The translations under genes were made by a program, and so were the position numbers. Shown here one piece after another: positions 25,726 to 36,300 of a stretch of 64,000 bases of DNA. Within the stretch, counting starts at the first letter, position 1. The number at the start of each line of letters is the position of its first letter. The notes below the pieces were generated by a model. It saw only the letters and a program-made list of their open reading frames with translations. It ran no database searches and had not been told where the DNA came from. The stretch spans positions 124,001-188,000 of the forward strand of contig QPGO01000151.1 of assembly GCA_008632985.1 (NCBI GenBank). The letters are read 5' to 3'. The stretch is from Psammoneis japonica. Taxonomy: Eukaryota.

Positions 25726-27341
25726 TGAGTGCGAAGTCTTCCATGACTGCGGGCCCTTCAACTCTTCCACTCCTCCTGCGGGACACAAGAAGATCCGAGT
25801 GCACCCAGTGTGCGACGTGAAACACGACGGTCACCACAAGGCACGACTCGCAGCCGACGGGCACCTCACGGACGCACCTGTCGACAGTGTCCACTCCGGA
25901 GCAGTCTCCCTCCGTGGCCTTCGGCTGATGATTTTCCTGGCCGAACTCAACGAGTTGGAGACATGGGCCACCGACATTGGCAATGCCTGCCTTGAAGCCA
26001 CCACCAAGGAGAAGTTTTACATTGCAGCTGGACCCGAATTTGGCAAACTCGAAGGACACATCCTTGTCATCCACAAGGCACTGTGTGGACTGCGCAGCTC
26101 CGGTCTCCGCTGGCACGAGCGCTTCGCCGACTGCCTGCGAGCTGAAGGCTTCTTCCCCTGCCGCGCCGAGCCCGACATTTGGATGCGCAGGAACGGCAAC
26201 CACTGTGAGTGCATTGCCGTTTGTGTGGATGACCTCGCCATTGCCATTGAGGACCCTCAATCTTTCATCGACACTCTCACGGAAAAGCACAAGTTCAAGC
26301 TCAAGGGTGCGGGACCCATTGAGTTCCATCTGGGTTGCGACTTCTCCCGGGACCCCGACGGAACCTTGTGCCTGTCTCCGCGCAAGCACATCGAGCGCAT
26401 GGTCGACAGCTGCACCCGACTGTTTGGGGAGAAACCTGCCACCAACGCCCTGTCACCTCTAGAGAAGGGTGACCACCCCGAACTGGACACTTCCGAACTG
26501 CTGGGACCCGATGGCATTCACAAGTTCCAGTCTCTTGTTGGTTCACTCCAATGGGCAGTGTCCCTTGGTTGAATTGACATCACCACGGCCGTCATGTCAC
26601 TCTCTAGCTTCCGAGCTGCGCCCCGTCAAGGCCACTTGGATCGTGCCAAATGCGTCTGTGGGTGCCTCTCCAAGATGCAACATGGTGCTCTCCGCGTTCG
26701 CATGGAAGAGCCCGACTGTTCGGATCTCCCTGCTCCGGCCCATGAATGGATGCATTCCGTGTGTGGTGAAGCAGAAGAGATGATCCCGAAGGACGCTCCA
26801 CCGCCCCTTGGCAAGTTCGTCACTGCCACCCACTACGTTGATGCAAACTTGCACCATTGCATGCTCACCGGACGCTCTGTCATGGGAATGCTCCACTTCC
26901 TCAACAAATTCCCGGCTGATTGGTTCTCTAAGAAACAAGCCACCGTGGAGACTGCGACCTGCGGGTCTGAATTTGTTGCCGCAAGGACTTGTGTTGAGCA
27001 GATTATCGACCTGCGCATCACCCTGCGCTGCCTTGGTGTCCCGATCTGTGATGTTAGTTACATGTTCGGTGACAACAAGTCGGTTGTAGACAGTGCCACC
27101 ATCCCGCACTCCAAGTTACACAAGCGACACACCGCACTGTCGTTCCACCGTGTGCGTGAGGCAATTGCCTCTGGCCACCTTGAGCTCCACTTCATCGAAG
27201 GCTCCCGCAACCCTGCTGACATTCTCAGCAAGCATTGGGGTCACTCCCAAATCTGGGACCTTCTCCGCCCCCTCATGTTCTGGAACTTCATTCCATCCGA
27301 AGTCGAATCTGTTTCTGTGGCTCCTCAAACAAACTGGGGAG

Positions 27342-27618
27342 TGACAGGATTTGAACAGGATTTGGGTGCGCACGAAGTGTCGCGCGCTGTTCAGTTTACC
27401 GTGCACAGTTTTGTGTGCTTTGGTTCCGCGCGTTCACGCGCGATGCAGTTTGCTTTCGAGCCACAAGGCTCACAAGAACAACGACAGCAGCCCGATTGTA
27501 CCGACTTACACGTCTTTCGGCTCCTGTAACGGTCTCTGAGCGGAGACTTATCTGCTATTTAGACAGCAGTAAGGAGTTATTGTTTTGAATTCTTGCCATT
27601 TGCCTTCAATTTCTGTCA
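27342..27618 (+). repeat. Copia 3' LTR
   Basis: Direct repeat of 19476-19753. Its right half retains ancestral TpA. Confidence 0.93.
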
Positions 27619-28664
27619 TTCAGCTTGAGCTTGCAGTCGCCGCAAAAGCGTGGAAAGTCTGTCGCGGATACTTTCCACTTTATTAATAATATTCATATAT
27701 ATCAAAATATATGAAATTATTAAAATGTTATGAATAACTTATATTTTCCTTTTTATATTGCCCTTACAACCTAAGTAATTTTGGTTCGCAACCGTTGAGT
27801 GATAATGTTTTATATATAGTGATAAGGTGTTCATTAAAAGAGGGTCATTATGACCGTTTTTGATCAATGACTTTCCACGATAGAATTACATCGTGGCTAT
27901 CGTGGAAAGTGAAGACTTTCCACGATACTATCGTGGAAAGTCATATGACTTTCCACGATGACTTTCCACCTTTCGAGGCTTATGTAAATGCCCGAAAAAT
28001 AGGGTCATATGACAAGATTTTGATCTCATCACAACGCCTTGATGCTTATAAATCTTGCCATTTTCCAACATGATTTTGGAACAACTAGTTCAAGAGCCGG
28101 GCTCGGTCTCGTCAGGAGGCCTTCAATGCACGCATCAAGAACTTCGCATGCCTTTCGGAGACGTTTCGCCACGGCATCAAGAAGCATCGACGATGCTTCG
28201 AGGCCGTGTGCGTGATTGCGCAATACCAGTTGGAATGTGGCTCACCCCTCTTTGACATTTAAAAGTGAGTGACGCCACATCACGAAGTTTCTAGTCATTA
28301 ACATTTAACAAATGACTTTCCACGATCATTTGTCATTAATGACTTTCCACGATATTTAACGACTTTCCACGATAGCATCGTGGAAAGTAAAGACTTTCCA
28401 CGATAGAATTGAATCGTGGAATACTTTCCACGATGCGACTACCTTCCGTTGAATTATGACTGCATTAAATAAACGTTATACACAGTAATTAAATGTGTTT
28501 TAATTAATGGGGCAGTGAGTATTTTTTCAACGGACAGTGAGAGGGCAATATATGGATTCAGGTGTCCTGTTCACGTAATCCCATAGTATATTCTATACTG
28601 AGAAGTGCGAGCGTGTCCACTACGACACTCAACGTACTTTCCACGCTTTTGCGGCGACTTCCAG

Positions 28665-30300
28665 GCCAATGGTTGGTGCATTGTCATGCCTTGCCCAAGC
28701 AGCAAGGAACCAACCCAAGGCATGGTTTGTGCTTGGTTGCATCACCGCGCCACCTCAGGCAGTGACTGATCAGTCCTTCACCAGCAAGCCGCCTTTGGCT
28801 GGACCATTGCAATCCAAGGGTCTCCACTGGTTGAGATTGTGCTGGCCCCATTTGTGGGTGCTTGCCCTCTTCATGTTGAGCTGAAGCCTGTGGAGCTCTG
28901 TTCCTTGTGAGGTTCATTTGCTGGGCAATCAAATTTTGCAGCCTTTCAAGTTGCGCTGGTGCAGACAACTGGTGTGACAACAAGTCTTTGGCAAGGCTCC
29001 ACTGCAACTTTCAGCAATTCATCCTGCCAAAGGCAATTGAGTCACCCAATCTGGAGCAAGACTGCCACCTTCGACACCGTGGCACTGACATCCTTTCACC
29101 TGATTGGGGTGTCATCAACAAGATTCACCAGACCACCATTGACATTGCCTTGTCATTGGATGCCTCCTCCTCCAGCCAAGCAGCTGCAACAGAATGGGTC
29201 AAAGGCCGCCAAGATTGGATGGCTCCAGTCTCATCCCTTCCTCTCAATGCCAAGGCAAACATCAGAGCTGAAAAGCCAGCTGGGAGATGCCAGCAACAGC
29301 ACTCTTCTGACACCTCTGTGGTTCTTCCATTGCCTCATTGCCAGGTGCCTCTCAATGTTGTGGATGGAACAGTTGATGCTGGATTGAAGGCAATGGTGAG
29401 GTGCACAACTGCAGCTCCTGCCTTCCTGGAACACATTAGAGAATGCAACAGATGAGACAACTCTGTCACTGACAAATCAGATTGGAAGCTTCATGCCTCT
29501 CTGGTGTGCAGATTTTCTTGCAAACACGTGTCCACTGTCAAACTCATTCACAAACTCCTTCCTGCAAACAAGATTGTGAGCCAACACAATCCAGTGCCTC
29601 CTCATGCATCGCTGTTTTTGTTGTGCGAGTCTCCATTTGAAGATCAGGATCACATTCTCCAATGCCTGGACAGCGAGCATTGGTGATGCACTTTTCCGCA
29701 GGGCCTCCACAAACAATGCAACAAAATTGACACTGAGCCACCATTGTGTGATCTTCTGCTGCGTTCCATCAAAGCTTGGTTTCAGGACACCATGGAATGC
29801 AAATCTGACATCACTTCTGTGCTCCAACCTCTGTGTTGTGTGCAAACTGACATTGGTTGGCAACAACTTTTCAATGACCGTCCCTCATTGTTGTGGAACA
29901 CTCTTGTCAAGAAATGCATCTTTGTGAACCAGGCCTTCTTGCAAAATCCCAGAGAGAGATTGGTCCTCTGCCAGTGTGGGTGGCGCAAATTGGCGCTCAC
30001 ATTTGGAACTCCCGGTGAGAATTGTGGAAAGCTCACAACAAAGCAATGCATGGGCATGGCAAAAATGCCAGGAAATCACCCCAACGACAATGTGCCGAGG
30101 CTGAGCTCACAGCCATTTGCAACAAACGACAAGAACACCTGGCCAAAGGCAGCAACAAACTGTTGGACTCCATCAAGGAACATCTGTCATTTGTTGCCTC
30201 CCAGATTCTGAATTGGATTGCTGTGGTGAAACCATGTCTAAAGGAGAGCCAGGGCTGGCATTGCTGGCAAAGGAGTGACAGCAGCACTTGAAATTTGGGT
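28665..30300 (+). mobile_element. Degenerate non-LTR retrotransposon 3' region (RNase H-like and C-terminal Cys/His domains)
   Basis: Frame fragments PSSC*AEACGAL (cf. SSYRAEAYG), WCDNKSL, LSPDW, WVKGRQD (cf. WVKGHQD), EDQDHILQC, QTDIGWQQLF and WKAHNKAMHG. Confidence 0.7.
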
Positions 30301-33300
30301 TTGTTTTTTTTTGTTCATGATCTCATCTTTTATGTCCACACACTTCCTTTTTAAAATTTTGTGGATCCTTGACCATCTTTAACACCAACACTGTCATCAT
30401 CAAAATCTTAATTGTCAACTTCCTCCATGAGTGTCTTCGCTGTCCAGCGGGCATCAATTGCACACAGGATTTCACAACTCTGTGGGTGTTGTTGCTTTGT
30501 GACAAGGGAATCTTCCCCATTGCAGCCATCAAATGTTTGTCAACACAGAAATGTTCGGTCAGCATTGTCACATCTCCAAAGATTTCTGGCTTGCAATTTG
30601 AGTGCTTCTTGATCAGCTTCTTCATGTGCTCCTTGGTGCAAGTGGAGTTTGAGTTGCAAACCCCCCTTAAAATCAAGTGAGAATTGGCCTTGTTTTGGTC
30701 TTTCACTGCAATCAACAAACACGGTTCATCCTCCAACAGTTTTGTAAGAAACACAGTGGTCTGACAGCAGTTGGCCTTGGCCCTGTCCTGACTCTCCTGA
30801 GTGCCACTTTTGCAGTGAAAGCAACGATTCCAAATCCAGCACTTTGTTTTTGTCACAATTCCAACCACAGTTCTCCAATTGAAAATTTGTGGGAATGGAA
30901 GAGCTCAGTGCCTTTTATTTTGCTGACAAGGCATCCCTCAAAAACCATCTGACCATGGTGGGCTGTTTGTCTTGACACCTGGCATTGACAGTGGGTTCAT
31001 CACCTTCTCACAGAAGTCATGCACTGCTGTCCTGGGTTTTCAAATGAATGAGGATTTGGATGAATTTGGCTGCAATCTCCTTCATTGCCCTTCTGTTCCA
31101 CTGATGGCAAACTGTCAACAACCCAACCAGTTGGATCAAACCTTCAATGCAATCTTGGGTTTAAGACTTGCTCTTGTGGATTTTGATTTCTGTCAAACAA
31201 AAAAGATGGCGGACCCAAAATTGTTGATTGCAAAAGAACATGGCATTGAGTTGGATGACAACAAACCATTCAAAGGCGTGTCTTCTCCTCTGCCACAAGC
31301 TGCGCTGTCACCCAGCAATTCTTCCTGCCAATGAGTCCAAGTTAAATGCACTGGCCTCCATTGCATTTGTGATGCCCTTGACCTCCGCTGCATCTTCCAC
31401 CATGGTGGGGACAACCAGTTTTTGCAGGGTTGACAAGAGTCCCTGTCACAAGGTCGACAAAAATGCCCTCTTCTCTGACACCCTCCTCCATTGCAGTGTC
31501 TCCAGTGAGGCTGGCAATCATGTGGTTGATGGCAATGCACCAGGTCTGCCCCAAAACCTTTCTTCTTCCTTGCTTGCTTGTTTTGTGCGTCTTCAAGCTT
31601 GGCAGCCTCTGGGTGATTGGGTTGGCCTCCTTCTTCTCCTTCCTTGGTGAGATCAATCACTTCAGTTGCTTCCTTCTTTGCCCTCTGTGTGGGTCATGTT
31701 TCACTCTCATCATTCCCACCGTCCTTTCCCTTGTCCAATCTCTCTTTGACAGAAAGTGAGAAAGAACTCGGTGCTTGCCTGAGGGTGACTTGGAGTGATC
31801 AAGTCCATGCACAAACAGGAGAGAGCAAGCCAAAGCCAGCAACACCTTGTGCTGAAGTGGGTTCCAGACATTGTGAGAGATGATTCTAAGCCAGTCTCAG
31901 AATCAAAGCCAGGATGGAAAGTGGAGGATTCCGACTGGTTGACAAAACTCTACGGAGCTGCAAATGATTTCCATCACAAACTGACAAGAAGACATGACAT
32001 CATCAGTCAGGAGGTTCCAACATCAAAAGGGAATGTGGAGTCCCAGACACTCTTTGCCCCCGTCCAAGCGCACAAAACTCGTCTCCTCGGCCGTGGTCCT
32101 GGTGACCTCGCCTTGGGCACCATGTCGTCTTCTATCCACTGCGGCCACAGCAAATCCTCCGCACTCATTGTCACGATCTAATAAAAAACAGAACAACAAT
32201 TGTTTCATCTGATTGTGTAGAAAGTTGTGAGCTCATCAACTGACCCCTCAAGCATTCTTCATTTTCTTCGATTGGCTTCTTGTCATTGGCCCAGCCCGCC
32301 TCTTGTCGCGCCCGACCCTCCAAGCAACAGATCTCCTTGAGTGCGGCTTGCTTGATCGCCTGGCGTTCCTCCAATGCAAGAAGTAACTCGTCATCCTTTA
32401 CGAAGTCAGTCAAGGCCTGTTGAAAGTTAATCTTGGTTGCCAAACAACGCAAATTTAGAGTGCTCCAAGCATCATGATCCGCGCAGCTTTTGCACAACAC
32501 AAGAAGCACCATCGTTGTACATGATGACAACAAATCCAGCAACTGGCCGGTTTCGTCCTGTTTCAGTCTCCATCTGCAGCCTGATTTCAACGTGTCGCGC
32601 CAGCTGCTCGTGAGCTTTGGCTGTGAAAGCCTCTGCCGGAGCACCTTCAGAAACTTGCTTCAGTTCGAGTGCGACCACACTTTTGGGAGAACTGAATGTG
32701 ACATCCGTCCGTTTTCCTGTCCCTGGCAATCTGTCCTCTTGAGTTGTTTGGGCAACGCCAGCCAAAATGTCGTGGGCTTCTGTGATGACATGTGCCTGGA
32801 ACTGAAGCTCCAGAATGTGATTCTGAGAGTCTGAGAAAGCCCATGCCATCAATCTGCCATGTTGTTCTCGGAAATGGAAGTGACAAAATCAACCAAAATG
32901 TCTTCCCCGTCACTGCAAAGGTCTTCTGTGGAAGTGCATGACACCAATTTTTCGAGGGAAGCTTTCAAAGTTTTCAGGATGGGTTCGAGGAGATGTTTGC
33001 AGGCAATGTCCCGAGGTGAGATGGAATGTTGTGATTTCTGCGTCTGCCGCATCCGTGGTGACCGATGCCACACCCACGTGAACCAATGAAGTCAGGCAGT
33101 CACCAATGTCGATGGCAGGTTGCAGGAGATCCTCCAAACTCAAATCTTAATTGAGTCTGCATCCTTGGAGCTGGTCCCCGGCGACAAGCTTGTTCACTGC
33201 ATGCCGGAGGTTTCTGGCGGTGCACAAAACATCAAATGTGACTGAAGAGACAGGTTCATTGACATGCGACATGTCCTTTGGAACTCGACCAAACTTTGGG

Positions 33301-36300
33301 AACTCCTGACGAGACCGAGGGTTGTCTTGCAATCTGTTCATTGTTCCATTGATGAGCGCAGTGTGACAAAGCGGTTCGCGCCAGGAAAGCCAAGGTCGTT
33401 AAAGTGTTGCCAGAGCAAACACGCAGCTTGGTCGCGTTCTCCGTCTTGAAAGGGGACTTTCTCGTGGACCAGATCCAACATGCGCTGGACATCACTGTGT
33501 GCCAGTCCAACAGCATTCGCCACATTGTCGCTGAAGGTAACGTGAACGACATTCAGTCCGCTCATTTCCTTGATGCCGATGGGTGGGATGCCCGTAAGCC
33601 ACATTTTAAGCGGCATTCCTCCTTGGTCCAGCGCAACTTTGATGGCCCTGAAAAATCCGAAACAAGCGGGGTGGCAGTCCTTGCAGACATTGTTTTTGAC
33701 ATTGGCATGCAGGCCGGCACCGTGCTGAGGTGTCAGGCTCAGCAGACCTTCTCGAATGGGCTGATTGCATTCGTCCACAAGGACTGACAGCCGACCACAA
33801 GCTTTGTTGACCGAACGGGTGAGGATGTTGATCAAAGTCCCAATGGTCAGATCTCCAATCTCTCTTGTTCTCGGAAAATTGTTTGAAGAAACCAAAAAGT
33901 TCCTCGTTGCCGCTGGCATTCAACAAACCCACAACACTCAATCTGATCTCGCTTGCGGCTTCCTTGTCCAAAGCTTTGCATCGCAGTTCCCAGTCTTCTT
34001 CACCGGCGTAAGTGCACACAATGCCAAAGTTCACATGAAGGACATGCCACTTGTTTCTGTCGCTTTCGCCAGGTGAGCAGTCTAGATCCGAGTCAACATT
34101 GGATTTTTTGTTTCTGGAGTGCACTTCGTTGGCAAGTGAAAAGAGGATCGACTTCCCAAGTTGCATTGGGTGAGTGAAGCAGAGCGCATTGTCGTTGTGA
34201 TTGAACAAGGTCTCCAGAACCGGGCTGTTGTCCCGATGGCACGGGTCTCTTCAGCACACGTGGGCAGCACCATCAGCGTGGCGCCCTGGAAATGCAATTG
34301 CCTTTTGCCTCTTTGTTGTCCTTTCGCTGGCAGACAAATCCAGTCGTTCATCAGTCGTCAAAGGATCACCATTGTCGCTCATGCTTAAAAAAAGTCGAAA
34401 CAGCGGCATCTGCTCTCTAGCAGAGTGTAGAGAGTGTCCAATCTAGACTGTTCATTTTTCAGTCTGCGGTGTGTGAGATGATGTCATTGTTGCGTGGTGC
34501 AGTGGCGTGGGGTCGCACCGCGCTCTTGTGCATTTTAGGGCCCCATGCTCCTGGGAGTTGCATGAAATGTCGAAATTTTCATTTTTCCCTGCAAAAATGC
34601 ACAGAAATGTCAGAGAGACCTGCCTGCATGTGAGTGCCACAGTCTGCATGATGCTGCGAAAGTTTGTGCACTTGCCGCTGAAACGCTGCTTGCACTTTTT
34701 GCCAGGGGACACACCACAGATGCACAACATTCAAAGCACGCAGCTGCAGGACAAATCCTGTGCATTCGAGACTCTGTTTGATTTGACAAAACATTGAAAC
34801 TCCATGGAAGGTTCCTCAGCTGTCTTTTTTTCCAATCGGTGCTGAGACAAAATGCTCCCAGAAATGCGGGCATTCTCAGGCCCCACCAAAATTTCTCATT
34901 GAGATGACAACCCACTCGAATGAGAATGTCAAAATGATGTTGTGCACAAAAAATGACCTCCGCCCACTCAATCGGGTTGGTGTGGTGACATCAAGCACTG
35001 AATGAGTGACAAAACGGCGCGACAATCAATGACGACAACACCTTCCTTCTGTCAGTGCCTGCCTGTCAGCTCTTTTTCTGCTGCACTCACATTTGAACAT
35101 CTCTGTTTGTGTCACAGGAGTTGCTGTGAGCACGTCATCATTGCCCCCCATGAGGCTTGCCAGAGCAACCGACACACCTGAATCACTGGATTCACTTGCA
35201 GGAGTTGGCGCCATTTTGGGCACACTCTGAGATTCGATGGTCTTCTCCTCAAGTTTGGCTTTCTTTCTTTTTTCAGACTCACAGTTTCAGACTTCACGAG
35301 AGTCGATCCGCACCCAAAAACCCCGCCAACCTCATCGCCTCCCAAACTGTCAGTTTTCCTCCCTTGGCATGGCAAAGAACATTGGCGGTGCTTTCCACCA
35401 GACCATCAATTTTCTGGTTTCTTGTGGTCTCTTTTGGTTCATTGTTGACACACACAATGGATCCCATCCTTGCTGTGCCAAAAAACCCACATTGCGGTTC
35501 CGTCTCATGTGGTGTGCTGCACTGTCTCTCGGACAACACAAGCATTTCAAAGTTCATGTCTCTGCATTGAAGCCAGCTTGTTGTTGCCTTTGTGACAAGT
35601 GGGGCTTCCAGCACATGGTCAAACAGCATGTGAGTGGCAATTTTTGCCATTTTCATGGCCACATGTCAGCAACCACTGCATGAAAAACCAGGGTTGGAGG
35701 GGGAGGTGGCTGCAGGCACACAATTTTGAAAAAGGGCAGTTGTGTGACATGGTGACAGTGATTGTTGGCACAAAACTGGTGCCAGCATGTGTGCATTGTG
35801 TGAGTTTTTTCAGCTTTGATGATTGAGACCCATCAGAACATGCTTGTGGAAATTGGTGCGCAATTTGGGGTGTGGGGTTGCTTGGATTTTTGCACGAGTG
35901 CAAGAGTGTGAAACCACCCCTCTGCAAACATCCACCTCCCTCTGACCTCAAAAAGCAGCTGGTGGGAAATCACACCATCCAACAATGTCCTCTGCAATTC
36001 ATCGGTGCAACACACACCTCATGGGGACATTGCGTCAAGGTGGAGAGTTGGCCATGGCTGAGCCACACCAGACAGCTGAAGACAAGAAGCTGTGCCCGAT
36101 GACAAGTCTTCAAGATGAGGGCATTCAAGATGCAAAGAGCAAAGCAAAAACCTTAAAGCACCCTGCAACAGGAAAGTTTTTGACTGCCCTTTGCAAGGAA
36201 TGGAAGGCCAACAGGTTTCCCAGCCTTCCAACAAACCAAACAAGAAGCAAGGGCACCATTGCCAAGGTTTTGGCTTGCACTGGGAAACGTGCAGACTGCA

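Larger units (their letters stand above)
24547..26310 (+). repeat. 596 bp direct duplication of the Copia RT region (24547-25142 and 25715-26310)
   Basis: Near-identical copies flank the 25143-25714 insertion. Confidence 0.92.
20557..27340 (+). pseudogene. Copia gag-pol polyprotein, disrupted by stops (20794, 21352, 26570) and an internal duplication plus insertion
   Basis: FKRGIKRD gag motif; LVNRGANGG protease; integrase SEPHQQHQNFAE; RT HKARLAADGH, TDIGNACLEA, YVDD; RH FGDNKSVV and NPADILSK. Confidence 0.9.
19476..27618 (+). mobile_element. Ty1/Copia LTR retrotransposon (diatom CoDi-like) inserted in the Gypsy 3' LTR
   Basis: LTRs 19476-19753 and 27342-27618 with TGACAG...CTGTCA ends; TSD TTCAG (19471-19475, 27619-27623); PPT ending GGGGAG before 27342; domain order gag-PR-IN-RT-RH. 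Confidence 0.95.
14040..27635 (+). mobile_element. Ty3/Gypsy LTR retrotransposon, full length, with a Copia element nested in its 3' LTR
   Basis: 5' LTR 14040-14205; 3' LTR 19323-19475 plus 27624-27635; 5 bp TSD GTCGC (14035-14039, 27636-27640); PPT GGAAGGGAAGAG at 19311-19322; gag followed by PR-RT-RH-IN. Confidence 0.95.
14032..28661. mobile_element. Non-autonomous TIR DNA element (~1.03 kb MITE-like; body 27641-28661) whose left TIR is split by the Gypsy insertion
   Basis: Joining 14032-14039 to 27641-27658 gives GAAGTCGCCGCAAAAGCGTGGAAAGT, the exact reverse complement of 28636-28661. CAG flanks both ends (14029-14031, 28662-28664), a possible 3 bp TSD. The interior is AT-rich and non-coding with repeated ACTTTCCAC motifs. 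Confidence 0.85.

Noticed and set aside
14040..27635. Classical RIP, APOBEC or ADAR editing as the cause
   Set aside because: RIP and APOBEC are C-to-T. ADAR editing of the element RNA would be strand-biased and largely shared by both LTRs. A few TA-creating changes exist (e.g. probable TGG-to-TAG at 21352) but are a minority.
27865..28435. CRISPR-like repeated motif
   Set aside because: Repeats are ~10-13 bp, in both orientations and irregularly spaced, inside a TIR element. There are no cas genes and the context is eukaryotic.
35230..35570. Possible transposase HTH fragment (VWEAMRLAGF)
   Set aside because: Single short resemblance with no catalytic domain or TIR pair found.
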